From the NCBI GenBank assembly GCA_014728035.1, contig WJMJ01000131.1:64001-128000 (forward strand): 64,000 nt of DNA, read 5' to 3'. The stretch comes from Promethearchaeota archaeon. GTDB taxonomy: Archaea > Asgardarchaeota > Thorarchaeia > Thorarchaeales > Thorarchaeaceae. A program made the translations under genes and the position numbers. This document shows, one piece after another, positions 38,360 through 47,266 of the stretch (its first letter is position 1; every line of letters begins with the position of its first letter). The notes under the pieces are model-generated. The model worked only from the letters and a program-made list of their open reading frames with translations. It did not search any database and was not told where the DNA came from.

Positions 38360-40201
38360 ATGAAGAAACACAAAGTGGTGTTTTTTGCAGCCGTATTGGC
38401 AGCAGTGCTTGTTTTACCAAATATATCAGCAATGCCCAGTGCGACTGTTACACCAAATACGAGTTTTGTTGATGCTGTGATTATGTTTAATCCCAGTGCC
38501 AATATAGATTTGCAAAATTTTGATATCATTCGAGAGTATGATTCATTGAATGGTATAGCAGCAAGAATTCCCCTTCCGTTCTACCGGATACTTGAAAAAT
38601 CATGGTTTGTTTCTGCAATCCAGATCGACCATGATGTAACAATCTTCCAAGACACACTAGATTGGGGTGTCGATGATGTTGAAGCAGAACGAGTATGGGG
38701 CGGCATTGAAAATGCAGCTGATGTTGTCAGTGGAAATGTTGATGGAACTGGTGTGAAGGTAGCTATACTCGATACTGGTATTGATTATAACCACCCCGAT
38801 TTGAATGACATCTATGCCGGTGGATACGACTTTGTCCAAAATGATAACGACCCAAAGGACGAAAATGGTCATGGAACTCACTGTGCGGGTATCGTAGCTG
38901 CTGAGGATAATGGTGAAGGTGTTATTGGAGTAGCACCACATGCTTCAGTATATGCAGTACGTGTTCTTGATGCCCAAGGTTCAGGTTCTATCAGTGACAT
39001 TGTTGCAGGAATTGACTGGGCAATAGATAACAATATGGATGTGATTTCGATGAGTTTGGGTGCAAGCTCTGGAGATTCCACATTGGAGTCAGCAGTCAAT
39101 CGAGCGTACAATGCAGGTTTAGTAGTGGTTGCTGCTTCTGGAAATGACGGCCATAATGGTATATCATATCCCGCAGCATATTCCAATGCTATTGCCGTTG
39201 GAGCAACTGATTCAAGCCATAATCTAGCAAGCTTTAGCAACTACGGAGCTGAACAAGAAGTTGTAGCTCCTGGAGTAGACATCTACAGTACCATGCCAAC
39301 CTATCGAGTGACTTTGAACTCATGGTGGTATGGAGGACTTAGCCAAGATTATTCAGAGATGGATGGTACATCAATGGCCTGTCCAATGGTTGCAGGAGTT
39401 GTTGCACTAATTCTGGATGCAGACCCAACACTCACCCCTTCGGAAGTGAGAGATATTCTACATACCACTTCTGTAGACCTTGGTTCCACAGGATGGGACA
39501 GTACATTTGGCTATGGTCTTGTTGATGCAGAGATGGCGGTAGAAGAAGCGGATAGCGGAGGAACTCCTTCTGACGAAAACCCAACAGTCACAATCGAAGA
39601 TCCTACAAATGGTGAAACCGTATCAGATACCAAGAGAGTATACATCTCTGCAAGTGATGACAATGGTGTGTCAAAAGTAGAGCTGAATATTGACTCTGGA
39701 ACCTGGATCGACATTACTAACAACTTTGATGGTACATACTACTATTATGACTGGGATACAACTCAGGAATCAGATGGTAGTCACAATATCAATGCCCGTG
39801 CCACGGATACTGCAAGTCAGACTGACACGGATTCGATATCTGTAACTGTAAACAATGGCGGCACCATCACAGACACCATGCATGTTGCATCAATTGCAAT
39901 GAGCTATGAAGAAGTAAGATGGTGGTTCTGGGTCATAGGTTATGATGTCTATACAGAGATAACTGTTCATGATGGGAATGGAAACCCACTCGAAGGCGTA
40001 ACAGTCTATCTCGAAATGACTCTCCCTGATGGCTCCACTGCTACAGGTAATGCAGATACTGGAACTGATGGTACTGTAACTTTTGTTTTAGAACAAGGCG
40101 ATTCTGGAACCTACACATCTACAGTCACAGACCTCCAGAAGACAGGATACAGCTATGTATCTTCAGACAATGTAGAAACCTCGGAGTCTCTTACTATCTA
40201 A
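38360..40201 (+). CDS. Extracellular S8 subtilisin-like serine protease with C-terminal Ig-like domains
   Basis: Catalytic triad ILDTG, HGTH, GTSMA; signal peptide, propeptide, Ig-like region. Confidence 0.95.
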   Translation: MKKHKVVFFAAVLAAVLVLPNISAMPSATVTPNTSFVDAVIMFNPSANIDLQNFDIIREYDSLNGIAARIPLPFYRILEKSWFVSAIQIDHDVTIFQDTLDWGVDDVEAERVWGGIENAADVVSGNVDGTGVKVAILDTGIDYNHPDLNDIYAGGYDFVQNDNDPKDENGHGTHCAGIVAAEDNGEGVIGVAPHASVYAVRVLDAQGSGSISDIVAGIDWAIDNNMDVISMSLGASSGDSTLESAVNRAYNAGLVVVAASGNDGHNGISYPAAYSNAIAVGATDSSHNLASFSNYGAEQEVVAPGVDIYSTMPTYRVTLNSWWYGGLSQDYSEMDGTSMACPMVAGVVALILDADPTLTPSEVRDILHTTSVDLGSTGWDSTFGYGLVDAEMAVEEADSGGTPSDENPTVTIEDPTNGETVSDTKRVYISASDDNGVSKVELNIDSGTWIDITNNFDGTYYYYDWDTTQESDGSHNINARATDTASQTDTDSISVTVNNGGTITDTMHVASIAMSYEEVRWWFWVIGYDVYTEITVHDGNGNPLEGVTVYLEMTLPDGSTATGNADTGTDGTVTFVLEQGDSGTYTSTVTDLQKTGYSYVSSDNVETSESLTI

Positions 40202-40215
40202 AGAGGTGTTCCAAT

Positions 40216-40244
40216 AAGCCCGATTCATTCGGGCTTCTTTTTTT
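40216..40244 (+). terminator. Hairpin plus T-tract
   Basis: AAGCCCGA/TCGGGCTT stem followed by a T-run. Confidence 0.7.
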
Positions 40245-41721
40245 ATTCAAATTGTGGTTTCTTTTTCTTCCTCAAGGCTTCTTTAACACCATCAAGTGGA
40301 AGCTGTAGTGTGTGTCGTAGTCCATCTACAGTGGATAAGTTTCTTACATTTCGGCGTGTTTCAGCAATGATTGCATCAATGACCACCTTTTCATCCACTT
40401 CCCCTTGTTCCTCGACTAACGCAAGTCTATGAACTGCATAGATTCCGATTAGCACAGAGAAAAGAAATAGGAAGTCAATACCTGAAAGATAGATAGTATT
40501 GAATACAATCTGACCAGCTGGATTATTCCAAGTGAATGTGAGGATGAGTTCATGACTTGCCAAAATGTCAGCAAGTATTCCACCAATAATGGGGGCTACA
40601 GATGCTGCGGATGATATAACTACACTTCGAGTTGCAATATATCCAGGAGCTTGTCCACGAGGTGCAAGTTTCAATCCTATATTGGCCGAAGTGAGATTAA
40701 CACCAGCTGCAGATAATCCAGTTAGAAGATGAATAACAACCAGCAAAGGAATCCCCAGAGAGATATCTTGAGCTACAGTAGAAAATGCCCAAAGAAGAGT
40801 CCCTATGAGGAAGAGGGGAGCTGTTATTTGAAGAACCGATTTATTGGTAAATCGATCAGATAGAGAACCCCAAAATCGGAAGAACATAATACTAACAATC
40901 TGTGTTAGTGCAGAAAGGCCAGTTGCAATAGGCAGGTCTAGTCCTAAACGCGTTAGAAGATATACTGTGAAAAAAGGAGCCACTAAATTAGTACTAAAAC
41001 TCCAAAGAATAGAGAATACCATCAGATTCCTGAAATTGATATTTCCGAAAGGATGACGAATCTGGTCAACAAAGCTCAGCCTTTTTTCGGGTTCCTCCAT
41101 TTTTGGCTCAGGAATGGAACGAGTAATGAAAAGCGAAACCATTCCAAAGAGAAATGCCAAGAAGAACAAGAAACTATAACTGAAAATTGTGGGACCTAAT
41201 CCCCAATTAGCCCATTCACCGACAAGAATGCCACCAAAAAAGGTAACAACTACAGAAACTATAGCATTAAGAGCCATTCTTCGAGAAAAAAACTGCCCTA
41301 GTTTGTTTAATGGTACCAAATCGCGGAGCCAAGAATTCCAGCTTGGTGAACCAATTGCGACGAAGGCCGATTGAATCGCTATACTTCCGATGAAGAAGAC
41401 CAAAGCCAATTCCGAATCGTATAAAAAAGGAATAACAGCCATGAAGAGGATGGTCAGTCGACTTCCAATCGTGGTAATGGTATTGATACGCTTACGTGTT
41501 CGATATTTTTCAACAATATAGATTGAAGGGATTTGTAAAAACTGAGAAATGGATGGAGTAGCAGCTAGAAATCCAATGACCGTATTCGAGGCCCCTAATA
41601 GAAGAGCAAATGCAACTAGAAAGACTCCCTCTGTAAGAGTGATTTTTACCTGAGACGTAATGCCTTGATGAAGAACTCTTCTAAGAGTTTTATCAGATGT
41701 TTCTGATTTCTGATCACTCAT
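40243..41721 (-). CDS. MFS transporter
   Basis: About 12 TM helices, WNSWLRDLVP..LGQFFSRR, FWGSLSDRF. Confidence 0.9.
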   Translation of the reverse strand: MSDQKSETSDKTLRRVLHQGITSQVKITLTEGVFLVAFALLLGASNTVIGFLAATPSISQFLQIPSIYIVEKYRTRKRINTITTIGSRLTILFMAVIPFLYDSELALVFFIGSIAIQSAFVAIGSPSWNSWLRDLVPLNKLGQFFSRRMALNAIVSVVVTFFGGILVGEWANWGLGPTIFSYSFLFFLAFLFGMVSLFITRSIPEPKMEEPEKRLSFVDQIRHPFGNINFRNLMVFSILWSFSTNLVAPFFTVYLLTRLGLDLPIATGLSALTQIVSIMFFRFWGSLSDRFTNKSVLQITAPLFLIGTLLWAFSTVAQDISLGIPLLVVIHLLTGLSAAGVNLTSANIGLKLAPRGQAPGYIATRSVVISSAASVAPIIGGILADILASHELILTFTWNNPAGQIVFNTIYLSGIDFLFLFSVLIGIYAVHRLALVEEQGEVDEKVVIDAIIAETRRNVRNLSTVDGLRHTLQLPLDGVKEALRKKKKPQFE

Positions 41722-41825
41722 TTTATCCTACTCCAAACAATCGACTGATACATTGCTCATTCCTCTATATGAACACTTCAATCGGTTAAAAAGATACGAG
41801 ATTAAATTGAAAGATTAGAATAAGG

Positions 41826-41913
41826 AGGTAGGCTTCTAGCAAGGCTCACTATTTGGGTGTGGTAACTGCTTTGGAACATGTGTTACCATAATGTCCCTGC
41901 AAGTTGCCTACCT
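41826..41913. ncRNA. Candidate structured RNA (nested stems)
   Basis: AGGTAGGC/GCCTACCT, GCAAGG/CCCTGC and TGGTAAC/GTTACCA nested inverted repeats in an intergenic region. Confidence 0.4.
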
Positions 41914-42021
41914 AGTACATATTCTAACTTGTATGCACTAAAATATTTTGACTCCGATGGATACGTAAATTTTTGACTACCACATGATAATGTTTAGATG
42001 TGGTTTCCGTACGCGATGCGT

Positions 42022-42312
42022 ATGTCAAGGTGCAATTCAATGGGTTGGTGCAATATGGTCAGAGGCCCCTGCAAAGGGAATAAATGCGATTTCTGGGCAA
42101 GAGCTAAGCTCAAGAAAATGTCAGTTGATGATATTGTTCAGCAATTACAAGAGGGATTAACTGAATGCGACCCAAACAACGGGAAAGCATTTGATGAAGC
42201 ACTAGATGAATTTTGGGCTGCTTTTGGTATCAAAGACATGGATGCCCTACAAGAAGAAGAGATAGGACTGTTCTCCAAAATCCAAAAGGCTGAAGAACAA
42301 GTCCGAACTTAG
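42022..42312 (+). CDS. Small Cys-rich hypothetical protein
   Basis: C-x5-C-x6-C-x4-C-x2-W N-terminus, helical acidic C-terminus; start uncertain. Confidence 0.65.
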   Translation: MSRCNSMGWCNMVRGPCKGNKCDFWARAKLKKMSVDDIVQQLQEGLTECDPNNGKAFDEALDEFWAAFGIKDMDALQEEEIGLFSKIQKAEEQVRT

Positions 42313-42314
42313 CA

Positions 42315-43958
42315 TTAGTTCACCGGATTTGGAATCATATTTCCTGGATTGATAATCCAATTTGGATCTAAAGCACGTTTTACTTCCTGCATCTCCTGAA
42401 TTCCTTTTTGACCATACATGACGGTCAGAAAATCGCGTTTTAGTTTACCTATTCCATGTTCTGCTGCTACAGTACCACCAAGTTCAACTGCACGTTTTGC
42501 AAAGATCATATAGTTATCCATGCCCTGTTTTACTTCTTCATTGTTACGAGGAATCATATTGACATGAACATGATTATCACCTATGTGACCGAAGATGACA
42601 TATTCCATTCCTTGTTCCTCGAGTATATCCCGATAGTATTTCAAATATTCACGAAATGCCTTATCCGGAACTGCCATGTCAGTGCCGATTTTGTGAACCT
42701 CATGATATTTCTGTTTTCGAGATGCAATGAGACCATTTACCGTTTCAGGGACAAAATGTCGAACAGTCTTCATCTTTTCCAATTCGGAACGATCCAGCCC
42801 AGCCCAGCTTGACTCTGATGATGAGTTGTGCTTATTCAATATCATCTCAAGACCCATGATTTTTTCCTCCATTGTTTCTTCAGTATATGCAAACTCGAAG
42901 AATACAATTGCCTGAGTGTCATCTGATAAAGCGGGTATCCTGATACCAGCAGAACTAGCCTTTTCACGAATCATCTTCAAAGCATTCGGACCAAAATATT
43001 CAAGAAAGTCCATCTGAACAGGAGTGTCTTCAGCTCGAATATCATACACAAATCCTACCGCATCGTCTTCACTAGGGAAGAATGCCATGACGGTCATGAT
43101 GTTTTCAGGAAGTGCAACAAGTCCTAATTCAACCATAGTAATTACACCAAGAATTCCTTCAGAACCAATAAATAGGTCAATCAAGTCCATATCGGGTTTA
43201 GCAAAGATACCAGCTGCATTCTTTGTTTCAGGCATTTGGTAAGAGGGAATTTGAATTTCAACAACCGAGCCATCTGAGTGGACAATTTCGAATTTGCCAT
43301 TCTTGGCTTTGCATTTTCCACGTTCGATATCCAATATGTCACCATTAGCTAGAACTACTCGAATTCGGTACACCCAATCCCTAACAGCTCCATAGTGGAA
43401 TGTACGTGCACCTGAAGCATTACAGGCAGTGATGCCTCCAATCCACGCACTCATCTCAGTAGGATCGACGGGGAATGTCATATCGACTGATTCCGCTAAA
43501 AATCGTTCAAGAGCTGCTTGATGCTCACCAGATTCTTTATCCTTCAAAGAATCCAAGTTCTTCTTGCTCACAGCATCAACCAAGTCTTCAAGCAAAACGC
43601 CGGACTCGGCTGCAATGGAATATCTATCTTCAGCCTCCGAGTAATTCATGTAAAGGAGGTCGTTCATTCTCTCAAGATTAAGAGCTATCCCACCCAAGGG
43701 AACTGCAGCTCCAGTAAGTCCAGTACGACCACCTTGAATTGTGACTGCCGTGCCGTTTTGATGAGCTTCCTTCAAAATAGAAGCAACTTGAGCTTCAGTA
43801 GAAGGGAATAGCAATTTTTCTGCTTTCCCATCAAACGAATGACTCTCATCATCCAAATATAGTGCATAGGTATCCATAATCTCAGCCTGATCTTCTATCA
43901 CTTTGACTTCTGATAAGTCAGCAGATTCAGGGGAAATAGCTTCAATTCGATTTGTCAT
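42315..43958 (-). CDS. FAD-linked oxidoreductase (GlcD/D-lactate dehydrogenase family)
   Basis: GGRTGLTG, NASGART, FIGSEGILG, FGHIGDNHVH, AEHGIGKLK. Start reassigned to MTNRIEA. Confidence 0.92.
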   Translation of the reverse strand: MTNRIEAISPESADLSEVKVIEDQAEIMDTYALYLDDESHSFDGKAEKLLFPSTEAQVASILKEAHQNGTAVTIQGGRTGLTGAAVPLGGIALNLERMNDLLYMNYSEAEDRYSIAAESGVLLEDLVDAVSKKNLDSLKDKESGEHQAALERFLAESVDMTFPVDPTEMSAWIGGITACNASGARTFHYGAVRDWVYRIRVVLANGDILDIERGKCKAKNGKFEIVHSDGSVVEIQIPSYQMPETKNAAGIFAKPDMDLIDLFIGSEGILGVITMVELGLVALPENIMTVMAFFPSEDDAVGFVYDIRAEDTPVQMDFLEYFGPNALKMIREKASSAGIRIPALSDDTQAIVFFEFAYTEETMEEKIMGLEMILNKHNSSSESSWAGLDRSELEKMKTVRHFVPETVNGLIASRKQKYHEVHKIGTDMAVPDKAFREYLKYYRDILEEQGMEYVIFGHIGDNHVHVNMIPRNNEEVKQGMDNYMIFAKRAVELGGTVAAEHGIGKLKRDFLTVMYGQKGIQEMQEVKRALDPNWIINPGNMIPNPVN

Positions 43959-44115
43959 TGTCCAATACTCCAGAACGACTTTGCATACAGAGTAGGTTCT
44001 GAATATCAAAGTTACCAAATACCTAAGAAAGTCAACGGTAGTGTTATCAATAGGATAGGATGCACGATATAGTACATTGATTGAATTATACAGAATCCAG
44101 TAGAAGGAATAAAAG

Positions 44116-45018
44116 ATGAGAATAGCAGCAGTTTCCGACATTCATGTGGCTTCAGATGGGAGCGATGAAAAGCTACTAGAGGAAATTCGGAAAAGAATAG
44201 AGGATTTGAGCCCAGACGTTTTCATTCTCGCTGGAGATGTGAGTGACAATATAGAGATTCTTTCTCATACATTATCGTCCTTGAAAGTGAATGACTGTGC
44301 TAGTCTATATGTCCCAGGCAATCATGATATTTGGTTTGAAAAAGAAAAAGGATTAAGCTCTCTAGAGAAGTATAGTGAAGTAATTGGAGCGGTCTGTAAC
44401 AAGACGGGATTTGTCTTTTTGCCTGACGAACCAACCATCTTTTCAAACATCGCATTTGTAGGGAGTATTGGATGGTATGATTACTCATTTCAAAGTGACG
44501 AATTTGATATTCCCGAAGAGTGTTTTGAAAATAAAGAGTTTAAGGGAAACATATGGTATGACGTGTTCAGTGTTGATTGGGAATTTTCAGATCAAGAGGC
44601 AACAGACCTGTTTAATCAAAAGCTACAATACGACTTGTCAACATTTCCACAAGATATTGAAAAAGTCGTGTATGTATCACATCATTTACCTTTTCGAGAG
44701 ATGACGCTCTACAAGCATTTTTTGCCATGGGATTTCTTCTCAGCTTTCATGGGATCAAGCTCGACAGGGAAGATTCTACTTGATGACGATAGAGTTGTTT
44801 TAGCAATCGCAGGCCATAGTCATATCAGAAAAATAACAAGAATTGGTGACATCACAGCGATGACTGTGCCTATTGGATATGGACGTCCTGAAGATAATGA
44901 TTGCAAGTCATTTGTAGAATCAGCTATAGCATTCATAGAAATCGGAGAAGAAGTAGAAATTCTAAAGTTTGTAGAGGGCGATATCTGTGAAGGGCTGCCT
45001 TATCTAAGTTTCAGATAA
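44116..45018 (+). CDS. Calcineurin-like metallophosphoesterase
   Basis: SDIH, AGD, GNHD, HH, GHSH motifs. Confidence 0.92.
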   Translation: MRIAAVSDIHVASDGSDEKLLEEIRKRIEDLSPDVFILAGDVSDNIEILSHTLSSLKVNDCASLYVPGNHDIWFEKEKGLSSLEKYSEVIGAVCNKTGFVFLPDEPTIFSNIAFVGSIGWYDYSFQSDEFDIPEECFENKEFKGNIWYDVFSVDWEFSDQEATDLFNQKLQYDLSTFPQDIEKVVYVSHHLPFREMTLYKHFLPWDFFSAFMGSSSTGKILLDDDRVVLAIAGHSHIRKITRIGDITAMTVPIGYGRPEDNDCKSFVESAIAFIEIGEEVEILKFVEGDICEGLPYLSFR

Positions 45019-45124
45019 TATGCAGATTGAAATGCGAAGGATTAATGAGGAGGAACAATAACTAATTGGAACTTACAGGAAGAGTGTAGATTTGAAAAAT
45101 AGATAGATATGGGGACATGAAAGA

Positions 45125-46432
45125 ATGGATGCATTGGGAACAGCAATTCTAATAGTCTTTGTTGGAACATACTTGGTTATTTCCACAGAGAAAGTAAATC
45201 GCACCGGAATGTCACTATTAGGAATGGCAATTGCGGGTATTGTGTTGTGGATTGCTGCGATTATGGAAATCCCAGGTGGTACTGACTTTGCACACTATGC
45301 AGAACAAATAGAATGGAGCACCATACTATTTGTATTGAGTATGATGATCATTGTAGGTGTGGCAGGAGCTTCGGGTATGTTCCAATATATTGCACTAACA
45401 CTGTCAAGACCTAGTGGAGGAGATCACAAACAGCTGTTCATCACATTTTTGGTATTTGTTTTTGGTATATCACTCTTTTTCGATACTGTTTCCACAATGC
45501 TGATTATGGCACCATTAACGATTGAAGTCTGTAAGGCACTTGATATCGATTTCAAACCTTTTCTCATTTGTGAGTCTATCACGTGTAATTTCGCTTCAAT
45601 TCCCTCGATTGTAGGTGCAGTTCCCAACCTTGTTATTGCTCAAGCAACGAATCTGAATGCTGGATTCCTTTTCATCTGCTTTCTTCCACTATCAATCATT
45701 CTTTTTCTTGTAACACTTCCATTATTTCTCAAATGGTATAAGGACTCATTCGGAGTGACCGAAAAATACAGGGTTGAAGCAGTATTTGATATAGACCCAA
45801 CAGTGATGATCAAGTCGCGACGTGATTTTTATGCTGCAGTAATAGCAATTGGAGTCTTAGTAGTTGGATTCTCACTAGGACCTACCTTCGGATTAGAACC
45901 ACCATTGATTGCCTTGGGGATAGCTGCATTCATGCTTCTTTTATCGCATGAGAGAGCAAATGAGTTTTTGAGCAAAGTTGGATGGGATACTGTATTCTTT
46001 TTAGTTGGTCTCTTTGGATTAGTTGTGGCTTTAGAATTAACTGGTCTGATTCACGAGCTAGGTATTGCTATTGAAAACTTCATAGGTGATGACGCAGCGG
46101 TAGCAACAATTTTCATGGTTTGGATTCCCGCTATGTTATCAGCATTTCTAGATAATCTTCCAGTGTCAGCTGTTCTATCACCAATAGCACTTCAATTTGC
46201 ATCTGTTAGTCCAATGATACCATTAGCTCTAGTTTTTGCTGTGAACATTGGAGGGTATATTTTTACTCCACTCGGCTCACCAGCAAATATGATAGCTATC
46301 GGGTATTCTGAAGCTGAGCATGATGGGATTTCTTTTGCTGAGTTTGTTAAACTAGGAACCATTGCAGGGATTATACATCTTACAATTGGTTCGCTTTGGC
46401 TACTGGGAATCGGGGTTATACTAGGAGTATAG
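45125..46432 (+). CDS. ArsB/NhaD/SLC13-type ion transporter
   Basis: Many TM helices; GAVPNLVI, SAFLDNLP, TPLGSPAN. Confidence 0.88.
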   Translation: MDALGTAILIVFVGTYLVISTEKVNRTGMSLLGMAIAGIVLWIAAIMEIPGGTDFAHYAEQIEWSTILFVLSMMIIVGVAGASGMFQYIALTLSRPSGGDHKQLFITFLVFVFGISLFFDTVSTMLIMAPLTIEVCKALDIDFKPFLICESITCNFASIPSIVGAVPNLVIAQATNLNAGFLFICFLPLSIILFLVTLPLFLKWYKDSFGVTEKYRVEAVFDIDPTVMIKSRRDFYAAVIAIGVLVVGFSLGPTFGLEPPLIALGIAAFMLLLSHERANEFLSKVGWDTVFFLVGLFGLVVALELTGLIHELGIAIENFIGDDAAVATIFMVWIPAMLSAFLDNLPVSAVLSPIALQFASVSPMIPLALVFAVNIGGYIFTPLGSPANMIAIGYSEAEHDGISFAEFVKLGTIAGIIHLTIGSLWLLGIGVILGV

Positions 46433-46447
46433 AAGAAACAATTTAAG

Positions 46448-46512
46448 TGGCGCCCTGTCCCGTGCATGCCGTTGCCGCCGGGAGGACGAACAACTACGGA
46501 GACTAGACGCCA
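46448..46512 (-). ncRNA. Candidate GC-rich structured RNA
   Basis: 65 nt, about 66% GC in an AT-rich intergenic region; continuous hairpin with several G-U pairs only on the minus strand. Confidence 0.45.
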
Positions 46513-46681
46513 TTATTAAATACACATTCTTTCTTTAATTATGTTACGTATTGTGACTTTCTATTACTAATTTGTTAAACTAATAGCCCCCAATTTTGAG
46601 TAAAGAAAAAGGTTGCCTGTGATAGACCAAGATGTTTTTCAACACGTTAAAAGTGAATGTACATACGGATTGTGTTCATCT

Positions 46682-47179
46682 ATGCCAAAACGGACAAGAT
46701 GCCCTCATTGTGACAGACTTTTCAGAAGAGACCAGATCGATGAACACATTCTGAAATGTCGATATCGCGAACGAGAGAAACGTGCTAGGAAACGAGTTGT
46801 AAGAAGAAAAAAAGTAGTAATCGATGGAAATAATTTGGCATACTATTTATCTCCTAACGGACTTCCAAGATGCTCGAATTTAGTCAAAGCTCGAAACAGC
46901 CTGATCAATGCAGGATATAGACCTGTGATTATAGTATCTGCTGCGTTGAAACACAAAATAGACAACACAGAAACACTACGAGCAATGATTAGAAATGGAC
47001 AGGTAATCGAGGCAAGAAGAGGCACCAGTGACGACCTAGCCATTATCAACTATGCTCAAAAGTACAATACAGATATAGTATCTAATGATAGATTTCTTGA
47101 TTGGCTTGATAGATACCCATGGCTGCCTGATCGTCTGAAGAAATACCGTATGACTCCCTCAGGTCTCATTCTCATCTGA
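46682..47179 (+). CDS. C2HC zinc finger fused to NYN/PIN ribonuclease (Zc3h12a/Regnase-like)
   Basis: CPHC...H...C then VVIDGNN, SDD, IVSNDRF..W. Confidence 0.82.
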   Translation: MPKRTRCPHCDRLFRRDQIDEHILKCRYREREKRARKRVVRRKKVVIDGNNLAYYLSPNGLPRCSNLVKARNSLINAGYRPVIIVSAALKHKIDNTETLRAMIRNGQVIEARRGTSDDLAIINYAQKYNTDIVSNDRFLDWLDRYPWLPDRLKKYRMTPSGLILI

Positions 47180-47266
47180 GAAAGAACTTCAGTATTGTAC
47201 TCTTCGAAAGCATTAAAATTACTAATGAAAATCATTCTTGAAAAGGCCTAGCGGTAAGGGAAGAAA

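Noticed and set aside
46448-46512. tRNA or tRNA half (7-bp terminal stem ending in GCCA)
   Set aside because: No D-loop, T-loop GTTCRA or cloverleaf; kept only as a generic ncRNA candidate.
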